A stretch of DNA of 24,000 nt from Nanobdellota archaeon (GTDB lineage Archaea; Nanobdellota; Nanobdellia; Pacearchaeales; GW2011-AR1): the NCBI GenBank assembly GCA_024654565.1, contig JANLHM010000001.1, forward strand, positions 36,905 through 60,904. Reading direction: 5' to 3'. Positions 16,008 to 24,000 of this stretch are shown one piece after another. The position numbers and the translations under genes are program-made. Every line of letters begins with the position of its first letter. Position 1 is the first letter of the stretch. Under the pieces are notes generated by a model, which searched no databases, had not been told where the DNA came from, and saw only the letters and a list, made by a program, of their open reading frames with translations.

Positions 16008-16097
16008 AGAGGTTTATTATGTATTGTAAACCCTTTCCATATAATTGGAGTAAGAAGGGTTTCTCAATAGGGTTACATTTTTATATTATTAACCTCT
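16008..16097. repeat. Nested inverted repeats in the divergent intergenic region upstream of metG
   Basis: AGAGGTT (16008-16014)/AACCTCT (16091-16097); AAACCCTT (16028-16035)/AAGGGTTT (16055-16062); inner TCCA/TGGA. Confidence 0.5.
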
Positions 16098-16107
16098 TTT
16101 ATTTTGA

Positions 16108-17913
16108 ATGACAAAGAAGTTTTACATTACAACCGCAATTGATTACGTGAATGCAAAGCCCCATATTGGTCACGCATTTGAAAAAGTCTTAGCTGATGCT
16201 CTTGCACGTTGGGGGCGCTCTAAAGAAAAAGAGGTTTTTTTCCTTACTGGTGTTGATGAAAATGCACAAAAAAACGTTGAAGCAGCAGAAAGGGCAGGAG
16301 TTTCTGTAAAAGAGTTTATTGATAAAAACACCGCCTCATTCGTTGACCTTTGCAGTAAGTTAAACATTTCATATTCTGACTTTATTCGAACAACAGATAA
16401 AAGTCACGCAGTTGTTGTTCAAAAATTAATGAAAAAGATGATGGATAAGGGGGATGTTTACAAAGATGTTTATGAAGGACTCTATTGCATCGGTTGTGAG
16501 ACTTATTACTCGGAAAAAGATTTAGTTGATGGGAAGTGTCCAGAGCACAATAAGGAACCCGAACTCAGAAAAGAAGAGGCTTATTTTTTCAGGCTAAGTA
16601 AATACGAAAAAAATTTAAAAAAAATAATTCCAAAATATGTTGTTCCAAAGTTTAGGGGAAATGAAGTTCTCTCAAGGGTAAATGAAGGGTTAAAAGATAT
16701 ATGTATCAGTAGAAAAGGTGCAAAATGGGGAATTGATTTTCCGGGGGACAAAAACTACAAAATCTGGGTTTGGATTGATGCTTTGATAAATTATGTTTCT
16801 GGAGCAAAAGAAAACTGGCCTGCAGATACTCACGTTATAGGGAAAGGAATTAATTGGTTTCATTCGGTAATTTGGCCTTCAATATTACTTTCAGTAGAAT
16901 ATGAACTTCCAAAGAAACTTCTAGTTCATGGTTACCTTAACACTGGGGGAAAAAAAATGTCCAAAAGTCTTGGAAATGTAATTGACCCGATAGAACTTAT
17001 TAATAAATATGGGGCCGATGCTGTTAGATACTCTTTGCTGAGGTGTTCAGTTTTTGAAGACACCGATTATTCTGAAGAAATTCTAATAACAAGATATAAC
17101 AACGAACTAGCAAACAAACTTGGGAACCTCGTTTCAAGAGTTTCAGGATTAATAGAGAAAAATGGAGTTGAAGAAACACCAAACAAACTTATCAAAAAAC
17201 TTGATGAAAAGAAAATTGATAAACTGATGGAAAATTATGAAATTGATAAAGCAATAAATGAAATTTTTGCTTTCATAGATAAATGCAATGAATATGTTCA
17301 GGAAAAAAAACCTTGGGAGACGGGGAACAAAAAAGTTTTATATGAATTAAAGGAATCGATTTTAAAAATTTCCAAAGTTATTTCACCATTTATCCCAGAA
17401 AGTGCTGAAAAAATAAAAAAGCAATTCACTAATAAAAAGATTGTGAAGGGTGAACCCCTGTTTGTTAAAATAGAAACTCCAAATGAAGAACTGAAAGTTA
17501 ATAATGGGAAAATTGATAAGGGGAAATTTAATGATAGCAAAATTAATAAATCCGTGAAGATTGAGGGGATTATGTCAGCAAGCGAAGTAAATTTTCAGGA
17601 TTGGGAAAAACTCGATTTAAGGGTTGCAGAAATTAAAAGAGTGGAGGATGTTGTTGGGGCAGATAAGCTTTACAAATTAACTCTTGACGTCGGAGAATTG
17701 GGAGAAAGAACAATTTGTGCCGGATTAAAAGAATTTTACCCTAAAGAAAAACTAAAAGGAAAAAAAATAATTTATTTTTCAAACCTTAAATCAAGAGTGA
17801 TGAAGGGAATTGAGTCTCAAGGGATGCTTTTAGCAGCATCAACAGAAAACCATGAAAAAGTTGTTTTAATTTCTCCAGAGAAAGAAATCGAAAACGGTTC
17901 GAGGATTGGTTAA
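16108..17913 (+). CDS. metG: Methionyl-tRNA synthetase with C-terminal tRNA-binding domain
   Basis: FYITTAIDYVNAKPHIGHAFEKVLADALARWGR...KKMSKSLGN...C-terminal DLRVAEIKRVEDVVGADKLYKLTLDVGELGERTICAGLKEFY...NLKSRVMKGIESQGMLLAA. Confidence 0.97.
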   Translation: MTKKFYITTAIDYVNAKPHIGHAFEKVLADALARWGRSKEKEVFFLTGVDENAQKNVEAAERAGVSVKEFIDKNTASFVDLCSKLNISYSDFIRTTDKSHAVVVQKLMKKMMDKGDVYKDVYEGLYCIGCETYYSEKDLVDGKCPEHNKEPELRKEEAYFFRLSKYEKNLKKIIPKYVVPKFRGNEVLSRVNEGLKDICISRKGAKWGIDFPGDKNYKIWVWIDALINYVSGAKENWPADTHVIGKGINWFHSVIWPSILLSVEYELPKKLLVHGYLNTGGKKMSKSLGNVIDPIELINKYGADAVRYSLLRCSVFEDTDYSEEILITRYNNELANKLGNLVSRVSGLIEKNGVEETPNKLIKKLDEKKIDKLMENYEIDKAINEIFAFIDKCNEYVQEKKPWETGNKKVLYELKESILKISKVISPFIPESAEKIKKQFTNKKIVKGEPLFVKIETPNEELKVNNGKIDKGKFNDSKINKSVKIEGIMSASEVNFQDWEKLDLRVAEIKRVEDVVGADKLYKLTLDVGELGERTICAGLKEFYPKEKLKGKKIIYFSNLKSRVMKGIESQGMLLAASTENHEKVVLISPEKEIENGSRIG

Positions 17914-17914
17914 T

Positions 17915-18259
17915 ATGAACTTAATAAGTGAAAGAAGTAGTCGACATAAAAAAACCAGTTTGATTGCAAAACTAAATGAGAGTTTTTTAGAACCAATTTT
18001 TGACAAGTCAAAATATGAATGGAGTGAAGTAGAAGAGTTTTCCAAGAAAAAATTTAGTAATCTTCTTGAACTGCGTGAGAATACTCCCAAAGGGTTATAT
18101 CTAAAAGACAAACTTGAAACAAATGTTCAGTCTGTAATCCTTTTACCCCACGAAATTAATCAATGGCCAATTTGTTACACTGAAACAATAAATTCGGTAA
18201 AAAAAGAACATATTGTTGGATATATCTTTTCAAAAGACGAAGATCCCGTTAAATATTAG
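17915..18259 (+). CDS. Hypothetical protein
   Basis: ORF overlapping or abutting the metG stop; first ATG at 17915 (ORF-track 17906 is TTG). Confidence 0.45.
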   Translation: MNLISERSSRHKKTSLIAKLNESFLEPIFDKSKYEWSEVEEFSKKKFSNLLELRENTPKGLYLKDKLETNVQSVILLPHEINQWPICYTETINSVKKEHIVGYIFSKDEDPVKY

Positions 18260-18358
18260 TCAATAAAATTTTAAAAGAATATTTTCCAATATGCACTATT
18301 GAAATATATGTTATAGATTATACATCTAATTTATAAATTTTATAGAATTTTTTTTAAA

Positions 18359-18706
18359 ATGAAAATCAATAAAGATAGTCTTAACAATAGATATTCAATT
18401 CATTTTGAGGAGGCATTTCTAAAGTGTGATTATTTTCCGAGAAATTTTAGTACTGAATATTTTATTAAATTTAGGGGGTCAGAGTATCCTTGGTCCCTTA
18501 TGGAGGGAGTTTTTATAGATGGGGAAAAGTTGATTAGGCAGGATGATTCAAAAGGACTTGTAAAAGTTTTGGCAAGTCAATATGGAAGTTTTTCATCAAT
18601 TGTGATAGATGGTTCAAAGGAAGACGCGGGAAAATTTTATTCTGTTCCAAATGAAGATTTAGTTTATGGTAAAGAAGAAATTATTTCGGGGTCTGAAGAG
18701 GATTAA
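18359..18706 (+). CDS. Hypothetical acidic protein
   Basis: 115-aa ORF with TATA-like ATTTATAAAT about 26 nt upstream. Confidence 0.55.
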   Translation: MKINKDSLNNRYSIHFEEAFLKCDYFPRNFSTEYFIKFRGSEYPWSLMEGVFIDGEKLIRQDDSKGLVKVLASQYGSFSSIVIDGSKEDAGKFYSVPNEDLVYGKEEIISGSEED

Positions 18707-18711
18707 ATTGT

Positions 18712-19482
18712 TTATCTCTTAAATTTTCCTCTTAAAACTTCCCAGAGTGTTGGTTTATCTGAATCTGAATCATACTCTTCATCAAGTAACCTTGCCGCAA
18801 TCTCCTTATATGCACGTGCAGACTTTGATTTTGGGTGAAGGTGAACTAATGGTCTTTTGTGTCGGAGGGCATCCTGAGCAAGAATGTCTTCAGGAATCAT
18901 CCCCAATATGGGAATTTCAAGCATTTCTTTAACAGTCTCAGGTGAAAGTTCATAATCATTTTTCCTTACTCTAGTCATGATAATTCCCGTTATTGGTTTT
19001 CTCATACTCTGGGCAATTTTGATTGTTTTCAATGCGTCAGTTATTGCAGGCATTTCAGGGTTTGAAACAAGAATAATTTCATCAGCAAGTTCCATCACAC
19101 TAAGTGCCTCTTTTCCAAGTCCGGCTGAGCAGTCAAGAATGACAAACTCGGCAAGATTTTTAAATTCATCTTTAAAATTTTTAAGTTTTTCAATCTTTAA
19201 TTTGCCAAGTTCTTTTACTGAAAGAGATGAAGGGATAACTTTTATTCCAGATTCATGAACATAAACTGCTTCATAAGGATGAGCTTTTTTTTGAAGAACA
19301 TGATTAAGGTTTATTGGAACTTCAGGAGAATTAAGGTGAATTCCAACGTTTGGTGTAGACATATTTGCATCAATTATTAAAACATCTCTTTTAAAAAGTT
19401 TAATTGCTGCCCCGAGGTTGATTGCAGTAGTTGTTTTACCCACTCCTCCTTTTCCAGATGCAATTACTATCATTCTTCTCAT
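18712..19482 (-). CDS. MinD/ParA-family ATPase, second paralog
   Basis: MIVIASGKGGVGKTTTAINLGAAIKLFKRDVLIIDANMSTPNVGIHL...FVILDCSAGLGKEAL...DEIILVSNPEMPAITDALK. Confidence 0.92.
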   Translation of the reverse strand: MRRMIVIASGKGGVGKTTTAINLGAAIKLFKRDVLIIDANMSTPNVGIHLNSPEVPINLNHVLQKKAHPYEAVYVHESGIKVIPSSLSVKELGKLKIEKLKNFKDEFKNLAEFVILDCSAGLGKEALSVMELADEIILVSNPEMPAITDALKTIKIAQSMRKPITGIIMTRVRKNDYELSPETVKEMLEIPILGMIPEDILAQDALRHKRPLVHLHPKSKSARAYKEIAARLLDEEYDSDSDKPTLWEVLRGKFKR

Positions 19483-19922
19483 TTTTCTTTTAATCTCTTT
19501 TTTGTAATGTCAACAAAGTGCTCAAGCATATCTGCGTATTCTTTTAATTTCTCAAGGTTAATATTTATTTCTTTTCCCCTAAATGTAACCTGTAAATTCA
19601 CATTCTTCCTAAATTCACCGATTCTTTCAGTTTTTAAGCTTTCGATTTTCCTTAACATCATAAAAAAATCAATAGTGTTAATTGCCACCTGGTCTTTTTT
19701 TAGAACCTTTTTAACTTCATTAATCCTTCCAATTGCATTGTCAGAAACTTCACTTATTTTGCCCTTGGATTTTGCGTCGTTTAGTACATGAATTATACAT
19801 ATGTCAATCATTTTTCTCCATCTTAAGAGTAAATTCATGATCACGTCACATGTTTTTGTATATTTCAAGCTAACATATAGTAAATGATCTGCACTTATTT
19901 TTTCTTGAATAATGTCTTCCAT
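19479..19922 (-). CDS. Hypothetical protein translationally coupled to MinD paralog
   Basis: 147-aa ORF; last 4 nt overlap the minD-like start. No family recognised. Confidence 0.65.
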   Translation of the reverse strand: MEDIIQEKISADHLLYVSLKYTKTCDVIMNLLLRWRKMIDICIIHVLNDAKSKGKISEVSDNAIGRINEVKKVLKKDQVAINTIDFFMMLRKIESLKTERIGEFRKNVNLQVTFRGKEININLEKLKEYADMLEHFVDITKKRLKEK

Positions 19923-19995
19923 TTTAATTTTTTCAATCTTTCTTTGAATAAGAAGCTAAAAACTACAAGGTACCAAACCTTTTTATAATTATTCT

Positions 19996-20328
19996 TCAGT
20001 CCGAAAGCTCTAATATTGCTTCAGCCAAATCATTTGTCTTCTCTAAAATTTTTTTGGCCTCTTCAAAAGAACATCCGGTTTTTTCCATAACAGTTTTAAT
20101 ATCTTCAGAAGAAACTCCTACCTCCCTTGACGACTCTTTTACCTCGCCGGAGATTTGAAAGCTTGTTTCTCCGTGCATTTTTATTTTGACAATATTTGGG
20201 TTTTCTATAACAATAAGGTTTCCGTCACTTTTTTCAATTGTAACTTTTTCAGCTGAAACTTCTTCTTGGGAAATTCCCATTTTTTTCATCATTCCCTGCA
20301 TTTGCTTAGGATTTATTCCGCCAAACAT
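19996..20328 (-). CDS. nac: Archaeal nascent polypeptide-associated complex protein (NAC)
   Basis: INPKQMQGMMKKMGISQEEVSAEKVTIE...UBA-like C-terminus VSSEDIKTVMEKTGCSFEEAKKILEKTNDLAEAILEL. Confidence 0.93.
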   Translation of the reverse strand: MFGGINPKQMQGMMKKMGISQEEVSAEKVTIEKSDGNLIVIENPNIVKIKMHGETSFQISGEVKESSREVGVSSEDIKTVMEKTGCSFEEAKKILEKTNDLAEAILELSD

Positions 20329-20329
20329 T

Positions 20330-20491
20330 TCAACTCAAAAATAAGCCTAAACCAATTCTAAATGCCACAATCAGGATAATGAACACGATTACATGTGTTG
20401 GTTTCAGCATAAATTTACTTGCATATTCTTCCTTATAGTTCACTAGTCCCCCAAAACCTGATGGAAGACTTATTCCTGGATTTTGTGCCAT
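20330..20491 (-). CDS. Preprotein translocase subunit Sec61-beta
   Basis: MAQNPGISLPSGFGGLVNYKEEYASKFMLKPTHVIVFIILIVAFRIGLGLFLS; conserved SGxGGLxxY and single C-terminal TM. Start corrected to 20491. Confidence 0.85.
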   Translation of the reverse strand: MAQNPGISLPSGFGGLVNYKEEYASKFMLKPTHVIVFIILIVAFRIGLGLFLS

Positions 20492-20528
20492 AGTTGAAAA
20501 GAAGTGCCCCACACTATAAAAATGTTTT

Positions 20529-20537
20529 TGTGGAATG
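20529..20537 (+). repeat. Left copy of 9-bp target-site duplication TGTGGAATG
   Basis: Identical to 20791-20799; abuts the left terminal inverted repeat. Confidence 0.75.
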
Positions 20538-20790
20538 GGCTCTGGGACAAAACTAGAGATAACCTTTAATCTAAGAGGAACTTTTTATGACAACTTTTCT
20601 TAATATCATCAGTTTTTATTTTTATTGCTGATACTCTCTAAAAACCTCCCAGCTAAATAAATATTTCTGTGATAAACTTATGATTTTCTTTAAAAATAAT
20701 CTTGGATTAGTTATATTAGGAAAAATGAAAATAATAAAAATATGGAATACAAAATTTTAGTAAATCTTAGGGAGTTTTGTCCCAAGAGCC
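20538..20790. mobile_element. 253-bp non-autonomous, MITE-like element
   Basis: Left end GGCTCTGGGACAAAACT (20538-20554); right end AGTTTTGTCCCAAGAGCC (20773-20790), reverse complement GGCTCTTGGGACAAAACT, so they match apart from one T; perfect 9-bp direct repeats flank both ends; AT-rich interior without an ORF. Confidence 0.75.
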
Positions 20791-20799
20791 TGTGGAATG
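20791..20799 (+). repeat. Right copy of 9-bp target-site duplication TGTGGAATG
   Basis: Identical to 20529-20537; abuts the right terminal inverted repeat. Confidence 0.75.
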
Positions 20800-20840
20800 T
20801 GAATCAAACATTTTTTAAATTCTCTAGGTGTATGACTTAA

Positions 20841-23225
20841 ATGAAGTTATCTGAAATAAAAAACTGGTCTCCCGAGATAGAAAAAGTGATAACTGAAAAA
20901 TGGAAAAATTCAGAGCCTCACAAATTTGATGCAAACTCAAAGAAAAAAATTTATTCAATAGACACCCCCCCTCCGTATGTTAATGCTCCGATTCATATCG
21001 GTCAGGCCGTTACATACTGTTATATGGATTTTTTTGCAAGGTTCAAAAGGATGCAAGGTTATGAAGTTCTTTTTCCGTTGGGGCTTGACAGAAATGGACT
21101 TCCAATAGAGATGGCGGCAGAGAAGAAGTTCAAGGTTTCTCCTTTTAATGTTGGGAGAGAGAAATTTATGGATTATTGCAAAAAAATTCTTGAGAGTACC
21201 TCAAGCGAAACATCTGACACTTTTGCAAAACTTGGAATTTCCTTTACTTCCTATAAAGAAGGGCCACATATTGGGGCGGTTTATCTGACGGATTCACCAG
21301 AGTATAGGGGCGTAACCCAAGCAACTTTTATTGAGCTCTTCAAAAAAGGTCTTATTTATGAGGATGTGAGAATAAATAACTGGGACCCGAAGTTGCAAAC
21401 TACAATAGCAGATTCCGAAATTGAATATAAAGATATTGAAAGTAATTTTAATGATGTAAAATGGGGCGTAAAAGAGACAGGGGAAGAAATTGTTATTGGG
21501 ACAACGAGACCGGAGTTAATCTGCACTTGTGGTATGGTTATTTTTAATCCGGGGGATAAGCGCTACAAACATCTTGATGGAAAAACTGCAATTTCTCCCA
21601 TTTTTGGAAAAGAGATTCCGATAAAATCTCACCCTCTAGCCCAGATTGAGAAAGGAACAGGTCTTGCAATGATGTGTTCTGCAGGAGATTTATCAGATAT
21701 CCAATTTTTTAGAGAGATGGGTTTGAAACCCGAAATTGCGATAGAGAGAGATGGAAAGATGAATAAAATAGCAGGACCACTTAAAGGTTTGAAGGTTCAT
21801 GAGGCAAGAGAAAAAATAATCTCTTTATTAAAAGAAAGAAAGCTTTTAGTGAAACAGGAAAAAATATTTCATAGGACGCCAGTTGCGGAAAGGTCAGGAG
21901 CAGAAGTAGAATTTATCTCCATGCCCGAGTATTATCTTAAGCAGATTGAATTCAAAAAAGATATGAAGAAAATTTCAAAGGATATTAATTTTTATCCTAA
22001 GACTGCTAAGAAAATTTTGGATGATTGGATTGATTCAGTTTCAATTGATTGGCCCATTTCACGTAGTAGGTTTTATGCAACGCCAATTCCTTTGTGGATT
22101 GCTGAAAAAGAGGGAAAAAAACTTTATGCTTTAGGAAAGACGGGGAAATATTGTGAGCCTTGGAAAGAGAGAGTTAATGATGATTTAGAAGTTTATTGTG
22201 GAAGAAAAAAGATTGGGGTTGTGGGAGATTTTAGGGGTTTAAATTGGGTTGGAGAAGAAAAAGTTTTCGATACATGGATGGATTCTTCAATTTCTGAACT
22301 TGTTCTACTTAAGTACAAATCCGACGACAAATTCTTCAACAAGACGTACCCATGTTCGTTAAGGCCTCAGGGGAAAGAGATAATCAGAACTTGGCTTTAC
22401 TACACAATTCTTAGGGGGTTTTTGGAAACGGATAAAGCTTGTTTTAAAGATGTTTGGATAAATCAGCACATCGTCGACGGTCTTGGGTACAAAATGTCAA
22501 AATCAAAAGGAAATGTTATCGATCCCCAAAAACTTCTAAAAGAATATGGAGCTGAAGCGATAAGATTTTGGGCAGCAACTGAGGGGGATTTATCGAAGCA
22601 AGATTTGAAGTGCTCTGAGGAGAGGATAAATGGGGAGAAAAAAACAATAAATAAGATTTTGAATGTATCCAAATTTGTTATGATGTTTGAAAATCCAGGC
22701 AGTAAGCCCAATCTAACAAGTATGGATAGTCTTTTTATAGATTATTTGGAGGACCTCACAAAAAAAACAAAAGAAAACTATGAAAAATATAACTTTTACA
22801 ATCCCGCTATTGAATTAAGAAAATTTTTATGGGATACTTTTTCATCACATTATGTTGAGATTGTTAAGGGAAGAGCATATAATCAGGGGGGAAAGTTCTC
22901 TAACTCTGAAATGAATTCTGCAAGGTATACTTTACATTTTTTACTTGAAAGATTTTTAACATTATCTTTTCCAATTATCCCCCAGGTGACTTCTTTAATC
23001 TTGGGTGAAAAGGGGATTAAAATTTCTGATTCTGATTTTCCCCAAGGGAAGAAATTCAAGAAGGATTTTAAAATTATAGAAGATTTTGTTAATTTTAATT
23101 CTTTGGTCTGGAAAAAGAAAAAAGAATCAAGTATTGGATTGAGAGATTCAATTCAAGGAGTAAAAATTCCCGCGAGTTTAAAAGATTTTGAAAAAGACCT
23201 AATACATGCACATAATTTGATTTGA
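20841..23225 (+). CDS. valS: Valyl-tRNA synthetase (archaeal/rickettsial-type)
   Basis: SIDTPPPYVNAPIHIGQAVTYCYMDFFARFKRMQGYEVLFPLG...NPGDKRYKHLDGK...KGTGLAM...VAERSGAEVEF...WIDSVSIDWPISRSRF...KMSKSKGNVIDP. Confidence 0.8.
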   Translation: MKLSEIKNWSPEIEKVITEKWKNSEPHKFDANSKKKIYSIDTPPPYVNAPIHIGQAVTYCYMDFFARFKRMQGYEVLFPLGLDRNGLPIEMAAEKKFKVSPFNVGREKFMDYCKKILESTSSETSDTFAKLGISFTSYKEGPHIGAVYLTDSPEYRGVTQATFIELFKKGLIYEDVRINNWDPKLQTTIADSEIEYKDIESNFNDVKWGVKETGEEIVIGTTRPELICTCGMVIFNPGDKRYKHLDGKTAISPIFGKEIPIKSHPLAQIEKGTGLAMMCSAGDLSDIQFFREMGLKPEIAIERDGKMNKIAGPLKGLKVHEAREKIISLLKERKLLVKQEKIFHRTPVAERSGAEVEFISMPEYYLKQIEFKKDMKKISKDINFYPKTAKKILDDWIDSVSIDWPISRSRFYATPIPLWIAEKEGKKLYALGKTGKYCEPWKERVNDDLEVYCGRKKIGVVGDFRGLNWVGEEKVFDTWMDSSISELVLLKYKSDDKFFNKTYPCSLRPQGKEIIRTWLYYTILRGFLETDKACFKDVWINQHIVDGLGYKMSKSKGNVIDPQKLLKEYGAEAIRFWAATEGDLSKQDLKCSEERINGEKKTINKILNVSKFVMMFENPGSKPNLTSMDSLFIDYLEDLTKKTKENYEKYNFYNPAIELRKFLWDTFSSHYVEIVKGRAYNQGGKFSNSEMNSARYTLHFLLERFLTLSFPIIPQVTSLILGEKGIKISDSDFPQGKKFKKDFKIIEDFVNFNSLVWKKKKESSIGLRDSIQGVKIPASLKDFEKDLIHAHNLI

Positions 23226-23263
23226 ATATAAATTCTTAAAAAGCTTTTTTAATTTTGAAGAGC

Positions 23264-23560
23264 ATGAATACAATTAGTAAATTTTACTATGATGAAAAAA
23301 AATTGTTTCCCATAAAAAATTCCAAAGTAGTGTAATTGTTGACACTTCGTTTTATGATTTTAAACAGATGTTATTCAATAAAGAAGAAAATTATTTTGTC
23401 CTAGATGATGCAGAATTAGATTCTAAAAAAGGACATACTCTAAATGTATTAAGTTTTGGTAAAAGTTCTGATAAAAAAAGATTATTCTTTAATTGAGGAA
23501 ATTCTTGAATCAAATAAATTCATAAAAAATTGTCTAACGGTATTATTGAAAAAGTTTTTA
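23264..23560 (+). pseudogene. Possible frameshifted remnant of a short gene
   Basis: Three frames join into MNTISKFYYDEKKLFPIKNSKVV / VIVDTSFYDFKQMLFNKEENYFVLDDAELDSKKGHTLNVLSFGKSSDKKRLFF / LIEEILESNKFIKNCLTVLLKKFLISDF. Confidence 0.3.
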
Positions 23561-23619
23561 ATATCCGATTTTTTATGTGATTCCCAAATATTTAAAACAC
23601 CTTTCTTTCTTAATTGAGT

Positions 23620-24000
23620 ATGGCACTCCAGAAATTAACAAGGTCTGAACTTGAAGAGTTCATAAAGGGAATGAAAGTCCACCGGGGAAGAGCAACTGAA
23701 CTAATCACAGTTTACATTCCTGAGGGGTATGACGTCAATGCTGTTCAGCGTCAGCTTGAGGCGGAAAAGTCTACAGCAAAGAACATAAAATCCACTTCCA
23801 CAAGGAAAAACGTTTCTGATTCACTTGACAAAATCGTTAGAATTTTAAAAGATTATAAGGTGACTCCTGAAAAAGGGATGGCCCTTTTTGCAGGAAATGT
23901 CAGTGAAGTTGAGGGGGAATCTGATATACAAAGTTGGGAGATTGAACCTCCTGAAAGTGTAAGGGTGAGGCTTTACAGGTGTGACAAAGAGTTTGTTCTT
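23620..24000 (+). CDS. prf1: Peptide chain release factor aRF1, N-terminal part (truncated by window)
   Basis: My translation MALQKLTRSELEEFIKGMKVHRGRATELITVYIPEGYDVNAVQRQLEAEKSTAKNIKSTSTRKNVSDSLDKIVRILKDYK...; TATA-like ATATTTAAAAC about 26 nt upstream. Not in ORF track because no stop is in the window. Confidence 0.93.
   Translation, partial: MALQKLTRSELEEFIKGMKVHRGRATELITVYIPEGYDVNAVQRQLEAEKSTAKNIKSTSTRKNVSDSLDKIVRILKDYKVTPEKGMALFAGNVSEVEGESDIQSWEIEPPESVRVRLYRCDKEFVL

Noticed and set aside
18260-18358. AT-rich inverted-repeat-like sequence before 18359 (AATATT/AATAT motifs)
   Set aside because: Low complexity; short palindromes are expected at this base composition and the TATA box explains part of it.
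20538-20790. Interpretation of the 253-bp inverted-repeat region as SRP RNA or RNase P RNA
   Set aside because: The interior is very AT-rich without conserved SRP or RNase P motifs that I can recognise, and the exact 9-bp flanking direct repeats are better explained by transposition.
20841-23225. Assignment of this synthetase as leucyl- or isoleucyl-tRNA synthetase
   Set aside because: NPGDKRYKHLDGK, KGTGLAM and VAERSGAEVEF fit the ValRS pattern better; LeuRS/IleRS editing and catalytic motifs are not matched.
1-24000. CRISPR array, cas genes, restriction-modification, rRNA, intact transposase or integrase
   Set aside because: No regular direct repeats with spacers and no recognisable proteins of these classes on either strand. 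The nuclease at 1635-2141 is not Cas-like.

Overview
This AT-rich archaeal chromosomal window probably comes from a DPANN-type lineage (inference from gene style; not testable here). Informational and housekeeping genes present: Bud32 kinase, FKBP PPIase, tRNase Z, LSm/Sm-like protein, ribosomal proteins S8e and L15e, MetRS, a probable ValRS, NAC, Sec61-beta, the aRF1 N-terminus, two MinD-like ATPases, and tRNA-Gln(UUG), tRNA-Arg(UCU) and tRNA-Ile(GAU). Less ordinary content: (i) a 253-bp non-coding, transposon-like element (20538-20790) with 17/18-bp terminal inverted repeats and perfect 9-bp flanking direct repeats, inserted between the promoters of sec61-beta/NAC and valS; (ii) perfect 10-bp inverted copies of the T-arm immediately downstream of both minus-strand tRNA genes, each matching its own tRNA variant, plus decayed repeats of the tRNA 3' ends; (iii) a CYTH-domain gene starting 8 nt after tRNA-Ile, implying mRNA 5' end formation by tRNA processing; (iv) a minus-strand cluster (337-1505) with two adjacent proteins sharing an 11-residue I-[RK]-x-[ND]-H-x-x-x-M-x-x repeat, next to a membrane-anchored Holliday-junction-resolvase-like nuclease; (v) a predicted exported caspase-fold (clan CD)-like protein; (vi) a giant exported Cys-rich protein. 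No CRISPR array, rRNA or intact transposase gene was seen. Many genes have a TATA-like box about 26 nt upstream of the start codon, consistent with leaderless transcripts. I used this to correct several ORF-track starts.
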